Positions 10,872 through 21,610 are shown, numbered from the stretch's first letter. The stretch: DNA of 64,000 bases from an uncultured Phycisphaerales bacterium (GCA_963755915.1 CAVWLP010000002.1:4544001-4608000); one strand, 5' to 3'. Notes: generated from the letters alone by a model not told the origin. Program-made: numbers and translations.

Positions 10872-11755
10872 AGTCCAAACTCCTTCTTCTTCGTCTCCCA
10901 CTCCGCGGTTTCCCGCTTGTTTTCCGTCTGAAGCGGCTTGCCCGTTTTCAGCGCCTCGATCTCCAGCCGCGACAAGTGCACCGCCCCAAGCTGATAGTCC
11001 AGAAACGCCTCCGCGGCTATAGGTACGATCGGCTGAATCAGGGCGAACATCGCGGTCGCATAATCGCGAATTTCCTGCTGGGCGTGGGCGTCCATCCGCA
11101 GGGAAAGGAAGTGCAGCACATTATGCAGGTCGCACTTCCAGTACCACTCGGTGTAAACATTCACCGGCAGCGCGATGCGAGCCAGCTCCCGCGAGACCCC
11201 CTTTTCGAGCAATTTCTCGTACTGCTCATAAATCGCCTGCGCTTTGTCCAGGTAGTCGCAGAATTCCCGGGCCGTCATCTCGTCGATGGGTTCTTCGCCC
11301 CCCTGCCGGTTCTGAAGGCTCTGTTTACGGACGTTCTGCATCGTCGGCTTGTAAAACCGGTCCTTCACCACGGAATATCGGGCGGAGTATTCGTTCACGT
11401 TGGCCGTCCGATGCCGAATCCACTGCCGGGCGACGAAGATCGGCATCACGTGGTGGAATTTGAATTCCACCATTTCAAACGGCGTCGTGTGACGATGGCG
11501 AGCCAGATACCGAATCAGACCGCGATCTTCATTGACTTGCTTGGTCCCCTGCCCGTAAGAAACCCGCGCCGCCTGCACGATCGCGAAATCCGCCGTCTTC
11601 CCCGCCGGCACCAGCCGCGGCATCACGTCGCACAGCGCCACCAGCCCGTGATCGTGGACCTTGATCTCCCACCGCGCGGAGCCCGCCATGATGTCCACGA
11701 GCTCGGTCTCCGGCGTTTTCTTATCGATGTGCAGGTTTGAGACGTCTGGGTTCAT
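10868..11755 (-). CDS. thyX: FAD-dependent thymidylate synthase
   Basis: HTTPFE, RQWIRHRTANVNEYSARY, HAQQEIR. Confidence 0.95.
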   Translation of the reverse strand: MNPDVSNLHIDKKTPETELVDIMAGSARWEIKVHDHGLVALCDVMPRLVPAGKTADFAIVQAARVSYGQGTKQVNEDRGLIRYLARHRHTTPFEMVEFKFHHVMPIFVARQWIRHRTANVNEYSARYSVVKDRFYKPTMQNVRKQSLQNRQGGEEPIDEMTAREFCDYLDKAQAIYEQYEKLLEKGVSRELARIALPVNVYTEWYWKCDLHNVLHFLSLRMDAHAQQEIRDYATAMFALIQPIVPIAAEAFLDYQLGAVHLSRLEIEALKTGKPLQTENKRETAEWETKKKEFGL

Positions 11756-14700
11756 TCTGTGCATCCTCGCGGCTCGCCGGAGCAGTTTCAAGCCCGGTTT
11801 TATTGTTCTCCCGCTCCCACGCGGCTTTGAGAAGATTACGCAAAATCATCAGCAAAGTATCCGACTCCAGGAAACTCGGCGGCAGCCGCAGATAAACGGT
11901 TTTCTCATCCACGACGGTAAGCCGGCCCGGCGCGCCCGTAAGCCCCGCCTGGGCACGCGAGGCGTTGCGCACCGTCAGGATCACGTCCGGCTCCTTGCGA
12001 ATAATGCTCTCGATCCCAAATATCCCGGACAGCAGCCGCAATTCCGTCAGCGCCAGCAGAATAACCGCCGGCCGCGGCGGCTCGCCGAATGCGTCCTTCA
12101 AATCCTGCTCCAGAATGTTGAGCATTTCCATCGAAGTGCAGCGCGAGAGCCGGCGATAAACGTCCATCCGCTGCCGATCCGCGGCGATCCATTGCTTGGG
12201 CACCAGCGCCGAGACCCCGATATCGACATGTGCTTCGGGCTTGGTTTCCTTCGGCTCGTTCTTCAATTGTCGCGTCGCCTCTTCGAGCAGCTGGCAATAC
12301 ATCTCGTAGCCAACCGACGCGATGTGCCCGCTTTGTTCCGGGCCGAGGATGTTTCCCGCTCCGCGGATTTCCAGGTCGCGCATGGCGATCTTAAATCCCG
12401 CGCCCAAATGGCTGTACTCCTCGATCGACTTCAGACGCTTGGCCGCCACTGGAGTGACGGGTCGATCCGACGGCAGCAGCAGATAGCAATACGCGCGATT
12501 CTTGTACCGCCCCACTCTTCCGCGAAGCTGGTGCAACTCGCTGAGCCCGAATCGGTCGGCCTGGTTGATGAAAATCGTGTTGGCGTTGGGAATATCCAGC
12601 CCGCTTTCGATGATCGTCGTGCAGACCAGAATATCCGCCTCGTGGCGGATGAATTTCATCATCACGTCTTCCAGCTCCCCTTCCGCCATCTGCCCGTGCC
12701 CGATGATGATGCGGGCCGATGGCACAAGCTTAAGAATTTCATCCGCCACTTCGGAAATGTTGTAAACCCGGTTGTGAACGAAATAGACCTGCCCCTCGCG
12801 ATTCAGCTCACGCGTGATCGCTTGCTGGATTCGCTGCTTGTCGTAGGCGATCACCTCCGTCACGATGCTCCGCCGATCCTGCGGGGCCGTCGTCAGCGAG
12901 CTGATATCGCGCAGGCCCAGCATGCTCATGTGCAGTGTCCGCGGGATCGGCGTGGCCGACATCGTCAGCACATCGACCGTCCGGCGCATCTGCTTCAGCC
13001 GCTCTTTGTGCGTCACGCCGAAGCGCTGCTCTTCGTCGATAATTACCAGCCCCAGGTCGTTGAATTTCACGTCGTTGCTGATGAGCCGATGGGTGCCGAT
13101 GAGGATGTCGACTTCGCCCGATGCCGTGCGCTTCACCGTCTGCTTCTGTTCCTTGCCGCTTTTGAATCGGCTGATCGATTCGATGTGAAACGGATAATTG
13201 ACCATCCGCTCGCGGAAAGAGCGCTCGTGCTGCTCCGCCAGGACGGTCGTCGGAACGAGAATGGCGACCTGCTTCCCGTATTCCACTGCCTTGAACGCCG
13301 CCCGCATGGCCAGCTCCGTCTTGCCGTACCCCACATCGCCGCACAGCAGCCGATCCATCGGTCTGCGCTTCTGCATGTCCTGCTTGATCTCCTCCGCCCC
13401 GACGATCTGATCATCGGTCGGCTGATAGGGAAATTCCGCCTCAAACTCCTTCTGCCATTCCGTATCCGCCGGATAAGCCAACCCCTCCTGCGCCGCGCGA
13501 GCCGCCTGGACGTCGAGCAGCTCCGCCGCCATGTCCATCAGTGCTTCCGATACCCTGGCCTTCTGTTTTTCCCACGCCCCAGTGCCGAGTTTCGAAAGGT
13601 GCGGATGCCCATGAAACCCGCCGACATATTTCTGGACAAGGCTGATCCGTGCCGCCGGTACGTGCAGCACCGCGCTGTCCGCGAAGCGCAGCGTGAGATA
13701 TTCCTCGCTCCGCCCATCCTTGGTCATCGTGTGCATGCCGGTGAACCGTGCGATGCCGTGCGCCACATGAACGACGTAATCCCCCTCCTTGAGATCGAGG
13801 AACGAATCGACCGGCCGCGAGGCGATCACCTTGCCGACGCGCCGGCGTTGCTCGTAGCGATGAAACAGTTCGTGATGCCCCAGCAGCGCCGCCGGGCGGC
13901 TGCCGTCCTGGAAATCCCAGACGAATCCCCGGTGCAGGTAACCGAGATGGATGTCGATCTTCCCGGTCAGCCCCTTGATTTCCCCTTCCACAAGCTCGGT
14001 AAACCGCTGCTTCTCCCCCTCGTTTTCGCAGAAGACCGTGATGTCATTCGTTTGGGCCAACTCCCCAAGTTCCACAATCGCTTTCTTCGCCTCGGTTTCA
14101 AATCGTTGCAGCGACCCCACCGGCAGCTTCAACCGCGCCGCATCGTCCCCGATCATCATCGGCTGCTGATCAAACTGGCTCAGCTCCATCCGCGTAAACG
14201 CAGACGACAGATTCAGCAGCGCATTGAGCGGATAAATCCCCTTCACTTCCGGCAGCCGATCCAGATAGCTCTTGGATTGCTCCGCAATCTCCAGCGGCGA
14301 CCAGAGCGCGACGATTCCATCCGCCGGGAAATAATTAAACAGGCTTGTCGAATCGCTCGTCTCCGGAAGCTGCCCCTTGATGTCGATGACGGAAACAGTT
14401 TCCAGCTTGTCGCCGGAGCCCAGCGTATCGAGATCGAACCGGCGAATCGATTCGATCTGATCATCGAAGAAATCAACGCGCACGGTCAGCCCAAGCTGCT
14501 CGCCGGCATTTTCGAAAATGCCGGGAAGATAGATATCCACGATCCCCCCGCGGACGGCGAAATCGCCGGGCACTTCCACCTGCTCGAGCCGGTTGTACCC
14601 ATGCTCGGCCAGCCAGACGATCAGCTTCTCGGCCTCCAGCTTCTGCCCAATACGCAGGGGTTTGATCAGCTGTTCCAACTGTGCGCGCGAGGGGACCGAC

Positions 14701-15098
14701 TGCATCAGCGACTGCATGGACGCGACCATGACGCCCGATTCTGTCCACTTGCCTTTCTCCGATGCCAGCCGGGCGACCAGTCGAACTCGATTGGAAACCT
14801 GCTCCTCCGAAACCCGTCCCAGGCTGCCCGCCAGTTCCAGTGCCGGAAGGATTTCCGACCGCCGGCCTGTAAACAGCTCGACGTCATCCGCCAGGTCTTC
14901 CGCTTCGTCCAGGTGCCCGCAAATCAGCAGCACCGGCCGCGGCATCACCCGCCGAACCCCGGTAATCACGGCCGCCACGCTCCCGCCCCACAAGCCGGAG
15001 ACGGCCGCAGAGCGACTGCGCGAAAGGGTTTCCGATAGCTGCGCCAATTCGCGCGCAGCGGCAAGCCGCCCGACAACGGCGGGAATGGTCGAATCCAT
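11721..15098 (-). CDS. mfd: Transcription-repair coupling factor
   Basis: UvrB-like N-terminus, CarD/RID (GDYVVHVAHGIARF), CGDVGYGKT, DEEQRFG, QLRGRVGR, TRCF domain. Confidence 0.97.
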   Translation of the reverse strand: MDSTIPAVVGRLAAARELAQLSETLSRSRSAAVSGLWGGSVAAVITGVRRVMPRPVLLICGHLDEAEDLADDVELFTGRRSEILPALELAGSLGRVSEEQVSNRVRLVARLASEKGKWTESGVMVASMQSLMQSVPSRAQLEQLIKPLRIGQKLEAEKLIVWLAEHGYNRLEQVEVPGDFAVRGGIVDIYLPGIFENAGEQLGLTVRVDFFDDQIESIRRFDLDTLGSGDKLETVSVIDIKGQLPETSDSTSLFNYFPADGIVALWSPLEIAEQSKSYLDRLPEVKGIYPLNALLNLSSAFTRMELSQFDQQPMMIGDDAARLKLPVGSLQRFETEAKKAIVELGELAQTNDITVFCENEGEKQRFTELVEGEIKGLTGKIDIHLGYLHRGFVWDFQDGSRPAALLGHHELFHRYEQRRRVGKVIASRPVDSFLDLKEGDYVVHVAHGIARFTGMHTMTKDGRSEEYLTLRFADSAVLHVPAARISLVQKYVGGFHGHPHLSKLGTGAWEKQKARVSEALMDMAAELLDVQAARAAQEGLAYPADTEWQKEFEAEFPYQPTDDQIVGAEEIKQDMQKRRPMDRLLCGDVGYGKTELAMRAAFKAVEYGKQVAILVPTTVLAEQHERSFRERMVNYPFHIESISRFKSGKEQKQTVKRTASGEVDILIGTHRLISNDVKFNDLGLVIIDEEQRFGVTHKERLKQMRRTVDVLTMSATPIPRTLHMSMLGLRDISSLTTAPQDRRSIVTEVIAYDKQRIQQAITRELNREGQVYFVHNRVYNISEVADEILKLVPSARIIIGHGQMAEGELEDVMMKFIRHEADILVCTTIIESGLDIPNANTIFINQADRFGLSELHQLRGRVGRYKNRAYCYLLLPSDRPVTPVAAKRLKSIEEYSHLGAGFKIAMRDLEIRGAGNILGPEQSGHIASVGYEMYCQLLEEATRQLKNEPKETKPEAHVDIGVSALVPKQWIAADRQRMDVYRRLSRCTSMEMLNILEQDLKDAFGEPPRPAVILLALTELRLLSGIFGIESIIRKEPDVILTVRNASRAQAGLTGAPGRLTVVDEKTVYLRLPPSFLESDTLLMILRNLLKAAWERENNKTGLETAPASREDAQNEPRRLKPAHR

Positions 15099-15180
15099 GG
15101 TGCTGACATCCTAGCGCCCAGAGCCGGGTAGGTAAAGTGAGCAAGCTTTGGTTTGGGGCAAAAAACTGCCGATATCTAAT

Positions 15181-16680
15181 GTGTTGACTGCCACGGCTGA
15201 ATATCCCGTCGCCCGCAAGATTCGGGCCCACACCCCGATCGGCCCCATTGCGCTATCCCTCGCCCTGGCGATCCTGCTGATCTCCACCGCCGCCCGGGAA
15301 TTCGAGTCGCTGCGCAATCTCGGCGACATCAGCTCAACCGCCGGAACCTGGATCGCCACGTCGGTGGATGCCGAGCACGGCATCCTCTATCGCCCGCTCG
15401 TCTCAAATGACGGATACGGCGGTACGCGATATGCGCCCATTCGCACCCTCGTCCAAGCGGCAATTCTTAAATGGACTTCGCTGGGCGCGATCAACAGCGC
15501 TTTGGCCACCAGCGCCGCCTCAATGGCGCTGCTGCTTCTCGGCTGCTACGCGCTCATGCGAAGGCTTGAAGTGCCCGCCCCATTGGCCGCCGCAATGACC
15601 GCGATGATGCTCGCCTCGAATGCCGTTCGCGCCAGCACCCTGGCAGGCATGTCCGATCCACTGGCCGCCGCGCTTGCGATTTGGGGACTCGTCGCGGTTG
15701 CGTCGACCGGCCGGTTCTCGATTCTCTCAAGCTCGATTTTCTTCTCACTTGCCGTCGCCACCAAAGTCACGAGCATCTTCGGCCTCGCCGCGGCCGTGAT
15801 TTGGATGCTTTCCCGAAAGCAATATCGCCGCGCGATTTTATGCGCACTGACGACGGCTCTGGCCGCCGGCCTTCTCTTCGCCGTCTTCCAATTCGCCAGC
15901 CACGGCCGAATGCTCGAAATCTTCCGCGCCTGCGCCACCGGCGGCGCGGGACTCTCCCAAATCCTCCAAGCCCCCATCGTCTTCAGCGGCATCCTCTGCC
16001 GCTTCGACCCCGTCGCCGGCGCTATCTGGATTCTGGCGCTCATCGCCATCTTCGCTACCCGACAGGTCTTCTCATTGCCCGGAATTCTCCTCCTCACCAC
16101 GACCCTCGGAACCCTTGCGATCTACGGTTCCCCAGGCACCGACATGAACCACCTGATCGATCTCGAAGCCGCTTCCCTCATCTGCCTGGCCATCTGCCTG
16201 AATCGCACGCCCTCCCTCCTGCCCCTGCTGGCCTTCCTCGCCCTCTGCGGCGCCACCGTCTCCGCCAAGGACGCCATGCGAATCGATTACGAATCCCGCC
16301 GTGGCCAGATTTCCCGCGCCCTTTCCATCGCCAAAAAATCCCCCTCCACCGGCCCCATCCTCTCCGAAAACCCTCTCCTTCCCATCCTTACCGGCCAGCG
16401 GCCCTTTATGCTCGACCCCTTCATGTTCCGCGTTTTCACCCAATCCAACCCCCCCCTCGCCCGGCAGCTCTGGAACGATCTCTCCCATCAGCGGTTCCGT
16501 GCCGTCATCCTCTATCCCGTCGGCGGTCCTGACGAATGGACCCATCCCGGCAGCTTCGGCTACGAGGCCCTGCCCCACATTCAGGCGTCCTATAAACTCG
16601 TCGCCCAGGAGGGACAATACTACGTTTTCCTGCCCCGCCCCCCCCTTCTTGACAACCACCGCCCACCAACGCAAAAATAG
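15181..16680 (+). CDS. Multi-pass membrane protein, probable GT-C fold glycosyltransferase
   Basis: About 11 TM helices, loop GYGGTRYAP, MSDPLA, ATK, soluble C-terminal domain; start uncertain. Confidence 0.6.
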   Translation: MLTATAEYPVARKIRAHTPIGPIALSLALAILLISTAAREFESLRNLGDISSTAGTWIATSVDAEHGILYRPLVSNDGYGGTRYAPIRTLVQAAILKWTSLGAINSALATSAASMALLLLGCYALMRRLEVPAPLAAAMTAMMLASNAVRASTLAGMSDPLAAALAIWGLVAVASTGRFSILSSSIFFSLAVATKVTSIFGLAAAVIWMLSRKQYRRAILCALTTALAAGLLFAVFQFASHGRMLEIFRACATGGAGLSQILQAPIVFSGILCRFDPVAGAIWILALIAIFATRQVFSLPGILLLTTTLGTLAIYGSPGTDMNHLIDLEAASLICLAICLNRTPSLLPLLAFLALCGATVSAKDAMRIDYESRRGQISRALSIAKKSPSTGPILSENPLLPILTGQRPFMLDPFMFRVFTQSNPPLARQLWNDLSHQRFRAVILYPVGGPDEWTHPGSFGYEALPHIQASYKLVAQEGQYYVFLPRPPLLDNHRPPTQK

Positions 16681-16685
16681 GGAGT

Positions 16686-16865
16686 ATGCAAGGGGGCAAA
16701 ATTAACCTGCGCTTCGTTCTAACCGTGTCGGTCCTGGTTATCTGCGCAGTCGTTGCCGTCGGCCTGGTTCTTGTCGGCTACGCGATTGCGACTCAGCACA
16801 CCATCGGCAATTTTGAGCCCTTCGGCCACGCGACCAACGTCGTCCCCAGCCCCAAAGGCTTTTAG
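16686..16865 (+). CDS. Small single-TM protein (59 aa), absent from the ORF track
   Basis: GGGAG directly before ATG; MQGGKINLRFVLTVSVLVICAVVAVGLVLVGYAIATQHTIGNFEPFGHATNVVPSPKGF; fills the intergenic gap. Confidence 0.6.
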   Translation: MQGGKINLRFVLTVSVLVICAVVAVGLVLVGYAIATQHTIGNFEPFGHATNVVPSPKGF

Positions 16866-16879
16866 AGCCGTCTGAATTC

Positions 16880-17677
16880 CTAATCGAGCCCCAGCACATC
16901 CGCCATCGAATATCTCCCCGGCTTCTGGTCTTTCAACCATTTGGCGCCCCGCAGCGCCCCAGTGGCAAACGTATCCCGGCTCGTCGCCACGTGGCCAATC
17001 TCAACCCGCTCCCCTAGCGCCGCGAAATAAACCGTGTGCTTCCCCACCTCATCCCCCATCCGCAGCGAATGCATCCCAATCTGCCCCGCTTTTCTTTCGA
17101 CGTCGTCCCCAAACCGTCCCATCACCAGCGCCTTGCGCGTCTTCCCCAGCGCCTTGAGAATCGAATCCGCCAGTGCCAGCGCCGTCCCGCTCGGCGCATC
17201 CTTCTTGAACCGATGATGCCCCTCGACGATCTCAATATCGTACTCTTCCCCCAATCCCTTCGCCGCCAGCGCGGCCAGCTTCAGCAGCACGTTCACGCCC
17301 ACGCTCATATTCGGCGCCTGAAGAATCGGAATATGCGCCGAGGCGACATCAATCGCCGCGTGATCCTTTTCCTTCAGCGCCGTGGTTCCGATGACCATCC
17401 CGATCTCCCGATCCTTGCACGTCTTCAGCCACCGCCGCGTCGATTCCGGCGCGGTGAAATCGATCAGCACATCCGGCGTCGGCCGCATGTCCGATGTGAT
17501 CGGGAGCCCAATCGCTCCGATCCCGGCGATCTCCCCCGCGTCGCGGGAAATATCGGTGCTGTCCGGCCGGTCGATGGTCGCGATAAGATCAAACGCTTTA
17601 TCCGCTCGCGCCAGCGCGATCAGCCGTTTGCCCATCCGCCCGCAGGCGCCGGTGATTGCCAGCTTGATCGCCGCCAT
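16880..17677 (-). CDS. dapB: 4-hydroxy-tetrahydrodipicolinate reductase
   Basis: GACGRMG, IDFT, GTT, EGHHRFKKDAPSGTA. Confidence 0.96.
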   Translation of the reverse strand: MAAIKLAITGACGRMGKRLIALARADKAFDLIATIDRPDSTDISRDAGEIAGIGAIGLPITSDMRPTPDVLIDFTAPESTRRWLKTCKDREIGMVIGTTALKEKDHAAIDVASAHIPILQAPNMSVGVNVLLKLAALAAKGLGEEYDIEIVEGHHRFKKDAPSGTALALADSILKALGKTRKALVMGRFGDDVERKAGQIGMHSLRMGDEVGKHTVYFAALGERVEIGHVATSRDTFATGALRGAKWLKDQKPGRYSMADVLGLD

Positions 17678-19095
17678 TATTTCTCCTCCATCGCCGCGAT
17701 GATCGCGTCCAGATCGTCGTCCACCACAACCGGCCGATTCGCCAGCCTGCCCGTCGGCTCCTTCCGCGGCGCCGAATCCTGGGCCGCGCTCAGGTCGATC
17801 CCCGTGTGATATTTCACCGTCGCATTCGCATCTTTCAGCTCGTGGCCCGTGAGAATACAGACGACCGTCTCATCCGCGGAAATCGTCTGCGCCTTCCGCA
17901 GCCGGTGCAATCCCGCCACGCTGGCCGCGCTGGCCGGCTCGCAACCGAATCCCCAACGCGCCACCATCGCCCGGTGCTCCAGAATCTCTTCGTCGCTCAC
18001 CTCCAGCGTCACCCCGTTCATCACTTCCAGCGCTCGCAGAGCCTTCGGCAGATTCACCGGCCGGCTGATCTCAATCGCGCTGGCCACCGTGTGCGGACGA
18101 TAATTCGATTCATCCAGCGCCGCATAATGCTTTTGAATCACCGACGCATCGAACGCCCCCCCATTCCATTTCAGCCCGCGCCGGCTCACCAGCTCGTTCA
18201 GCGTGTTTGCCCCGCTCGCATTCACAATCGCCAGCCGCGGAATCTTTTTCACCAGCCCCAGCTCCTTCAATTCCAAAAATGCCTTGCCAAACGCCGAGCA
18301 ATTCCCCAGATTTCCCCCGGGAACGATGATCCAGTCCGGGCTCTGCCAGTCCATGGCCTCCAGCACCCGATACATGATGCTCTTCTGCCCCTCCAGCCGA
18401 AATGGATTGACGCTGTTCATCAGGTAGATTCCCAGCGCCGGCCGATTCACCGCGATCTCGTAGATGCGGCGCAGGCAATCGTCAAAGTCCCCGCGAATCT
18501 GCAATGTCAGCGCCCCATAATCCAGCGCCTGGCTGAGTTTCCCCAGCGCGATTTTTCCGCTGCCGATGAATACGATTCCGCGCATCTCGGCCAGGGTTGC
18601 AAACATCGCCAGCGACGCGCTCGTGTTCCCCGTCGACGCACACGCCACCTTCTTCGCCCCCACCATCCGCGCATGGGTGAACGCCGCCGTCATCCCATTG
18701 TCTTTGAAGCTCCCGCTCGGATTCAGCCCCTCATATTGCAGCAGCAGCTTCCCCTGTCCCATCCCCACCTGTTTTGCCAGCAGGTCCGCCTGCTGAAGCA
18801 CCGTCCGTCCCTCCCCAATGGTGACGATCTCCTCCTCACTCCGATAAAACGGCAACAGTTCGCGAAACCGCCACACCCCCGAAAAATCCAGCCGCCCTTC
18901 CACACCCGCCCCCTTGGTGCTCCAGCGATGCTCGAAAAATCCCATCCCCTTAATCTTGGGCAGCTTCCCCCAGTCATACCGGATATCCAGAAGCCCCCCA
19001 CATTTCTGGCAAGCCACCAGCACCTGCGAAACCTCGTAGGTGGCCGCACATTTCGGATTGATGCACTGTTGAAAAGCGGATTCAGTTATCGGCAC
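17677..19095 (-). CDS. thrC: Threonine synthase
   Basis: NPSGSFKD, CASTGNTSASLA, NSVNPFRLEGQK, PGGNLGN, CEPASAA, TGHELKD. Confidence 0.93.
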   Translation of the reverse strand: MPITESAFQQCINPKCAATYEVSQVLVACQKCGGLLDIRYDWGKLPKIKGMGFFEHRWSTKGAGVEGRLDFSGVWRFRELLPFYRSEEEIVTIGEGRTVLQQADLLAKQVGMGQGKLLLQYEGLNPSGSFKDNGMTAAFTHARMVGAKKVACASTGNTSASLAMFATLAEMRGIVFIGSGKIALGKLSQALDYGALTLQIRGDFDDCLRRIYEIAVNRPALGIYLMNSVNPFRLEGQKSIMYRVLEAMDWQSPDWIIVPGGNLGNCSAFGKAFLELKELGLVKKIPRLAIVNASGANTLNELVSRRGLKWNGGAFDASVIQKHYAALDESNYRPHTVASAIEISRPVNLPKALRALEVMNGVTLEVSDEEILEHRAMVARWGFGCEPASAASVAGLHRLRKAQTISADETVVCILTGHELKDANATVKYHTGIDLSAAQDSAPRKEPTGRLANRPVVVDDDLDAIIAAMEEK

Positions 19096-19102
19096 AAGAT
19101 GA

Positions 19103-19175
19103 ATTATAGTGCAACTTTCAATTCTTACGAAACTTGGGCGCACCCCGTTTGCACTTTCATGGCAATCTCTATAAT
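19103..19175. promoter_or_regulatory. Divergent promoter region with two TATAAT boxes (thrC and polyprenyl synthase)
   Basis: TATAAT on minus at 19103-19108, 7 nt before GTG 19095; TATAAT on plus at 19170-19175, 9 nt before ATG 19185. Confidence 0.65.
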
Positions 19176-19184
19176 CCCCACGCG

Positions 19185-20159
19185 ATGCCTCTCGCACTCG
19201 ACGCCCTTTCCCTTTACGTCCAGCCCCAACTCGACGCCGTCGAAAAGCTCTTCAACGAAGAGCTCACCAGCTCCGTCTCGTGCGTAAATTCCCTCGTTAA
19301 GCACGTCAGCCGCTTCCGCGGAAAAATGCTCCGCCCCATCCTCGTCCTCCTCGCCGGCAAGGCCAGCGGAACCCTCGACGACGCCCACATCGTCCTGGCC
19401 ACCGTCGTCGAAATGGTCCACATGGCCACTCTCATCCACGACGACGTTCTCGACGAAGCCGAGCTTCGCCGCAAAGGCGCCACCATCAACCATCTCCGCG
19501 GCAACGAAGCCGCCGTCCTGCTCGGCGACTATCTCATCAGCCACAGCTACCACCTCTGCTCCAGCCTCGATTCCCAGTTCGCCTCCCGCGTCATCGGCCG
19601 AACCACCAACCAGGTCTGCGAAGGCGAACTCCTCCAAATCCACCATCGCAACAACCTCGATCTGACGGAAGAAACCTACCTCCAGATCATCACCTGCAAA
19701 ACCGCCGTCCTGTGCGCCTCCTGCTGCCTGCTCGGCGCCACCTTCTCCGGCGCCGATGCCGCCCGCGTCGAAAACCTGCGCCAATTCGGCCTCTGCCTCG
19801 GCACCGCGTTTCAGATTCAGGACGACATCCTCGACATCGTCGGAAACGAATCCACCGTCGGCAAAACCCTCGGCATCGACGTCTTAAAAGGCAAGCTCAC
19901 GCTCCCCATCATCCATTTCCTGGCCAACGCCCCGCAGGAGCATCGCATCCTGCTTCAATCCCTGCTTCGCAGCCACGACGCCGACAAAGTCGAGCGAATC
20001 CGCAACCTCATCCTCCCCAGCCGTTCCGTCGGCTACGCCACCTCAAAAGCAAAAGCCCTGATCGCCCAGGCCCACGAGGCGATCGCCGCTCTCCCCGATT
20101 CGCCCGCCAAACAAATCCTCGGCACCCTGGCCGATTTCGTCATCAACCGGCCAATGTAA
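19185..20159 (+). CDS. Polyprenyl diphosphate synthase (IspB/HepT type)
   Basis: GKMLRP, HDDVLD..RR, EGELLQ, CKTA, FQIQDDILD, GKLTLP. Confidence 0.93.
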   Translation: MPLALDALSLYVQPQLDAVEKLFNEELTSSVSCVNSLVKHVSRFRGKMLRPILVLLAGKASGTLDDAHIVLATVVEMVHMATLIHDDVLDEAELRRKGATINHLRGNEAAVLLGDYLISHSYHLCSSLDSQFASRVIGRTTNQVCEGELLQIHHRNNLDLTEETYLQIITCKTAVLCASCCLLGATFSGADAARVENLRQFGLCLGTAFQIQDDILDIVGNESTVGKTLGIDVLKGKLTLPIIHFLANAPQEHRILLQSLLRSHDADKVERIRNLILPSRSVGYATSKAKALIAQAHEAIAALPDSPAKQILGTLADFVINRPM

Positions 20160-20167
20160 AAACAATG

Positions 20168-20213
20168 CCGCCGGACTTCGGCGAGCTCAGTCGAGCCGTA
20201 TCCTCACCGGCGG
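20168..20213. repeat. Short stem-loop / REP-like element
   Basis: CCGCCGG..CCGGCGG stem enclosing CTTCGGCGAGCTCAGTCGAGCCG, just after a stop codon. Confidence 0.4.
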
Positions 20214-20330
20214 AATCTTTTCACGACACCGCGCCACTTTTAAAGTTTGTTGAAACTTGCCAATTTTCCTTGCATTTTCGGCTTAAGGTACGGATTATTT
20301 GTCCCGCATCTCTGCTCAGGAATGGGAACG

Positions 20331-21610
20331 ATGGCGGCAACGGCACAGAAATTCTCCTGCGGAGGCTGCGGGAACGAGTTGACCTGGAAACAGGAATTCG
20401 TCGGCCGAAAATCAAATGCAAATCCTGCGGACATCCCATGGCAATTCCGCCCTATCCCAACGGGGCGGAGCCGGAGCTTGAGCCCGAACCGCAGGCCTCG
20501 GATGATGATCTCTATGCCCTCGCCGACGACGCACGAAACGCCGCCGCGAATATTGAACCGACGATCGTCGATCCCACCGAATTCCAGCAGGCGGTCCCTG
20601 CCGCGGCCGTCGCCGCGGTAGCGCCGGGAGCTTCGAAATCGGGAATCCCCCTCGCCTATCGCCGCGGGCCCACCGCCGCCGAAAAAAAACGCGACGCCGA
20701 CGCCAGTCAGATCGACGAAAATCGCGACATCAAGGTCCCCATCGCGCTGCTTGCCGCCGGGGCAATTCTTTACGTCAGCTACTACGCAATCCACTACGGC
20801 CTCGGGCTGGGGCCGTTGATCGCCATCACCATCGGCCTGCTCATCATGACCGTCTTCGAGACGATCCTGCTCTTCGCCTTCGGCCTGGCCATTGCCGGTC
20901 CGCTGAGCGTGAATTTCGGCGGAATCTGGACCGCCCTTCTGAAGTTCGCGGCCATCGCACTCTTCTGCGACGGCGTCACCACCTGGGTCGACGGAATGTT
21001 CTCAACCTGGACCGGCGGCGTCGGCGGTGGCGGGATCTTCGGCTTCGGCGTCATCGGACTCCCCATCGCCGCGGGCGTTTACTGGGTCACCATGACATAT
21101 CTCTTCTCCATGGACCCCGGCGACGCCTGGATCGTCGTCATCATCCTCGCCGTCTTCTATCGCATCATGAGCGTCGTCCTCATCATCCTGGTTCTGAAGC
21201 TCGTCCTCAGCTTCGGCGGCGTCGCAGCCGCCAACATCCCCCTGCCAACCTTCGGCGGCAGCGGCGGCGTCTCCGTCAATCCGGTCATCGACACCGTCAA
21301 CCAGGCCAAGGCCCAGAACCTCCTGCACGAGGCCCGCAAATACGCCGACACGAACGGCCTCTCTGCCTACAAATCTGCCATTGAAGGCTGGTACAAAGCC
21401 GGCGCGAAAAATGTCTGGTTCGAAACCGACCGCGACATCAACGGCAAAGGCAACGCCTTCCGCATGATTATCGAAATGCCCAGCGACTCCACCTCCCGCG
21501 CCAATTGCTACGCCGTTCTCAAACAATATTACAGCGACATGGGCTGGTCACCGTTAGCCCAGGGCTTGCAGGACACGGGCGATCCATATCTGCTCGTTCC
21601 GCTGCCGTAG
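20331..21610 (+). CDS. Zinc-ribbon membrane protein (frameshift near 20410)
   Basis: SCGGCG...KCKSCG split across two frames, acidic Pro-rich linker, about 5 TM helices, C-terminal soluble domain. Confidence 0.75.

Noticed and set aside
11661..15038. 1125-aa plus-strand ORF antisense to mfd (similar shadows over thrC, recA, acs, serC)
   Set aside because: Shadow ORFs expected from high-GC codon bias; no recognisable motifs
19712..20330. Arg/Pro-rich N-terminal part of the 632-aa ORF
   Set aside because: Off-frame read-through over the polyprenyl synthase; the real gene starts near 20331
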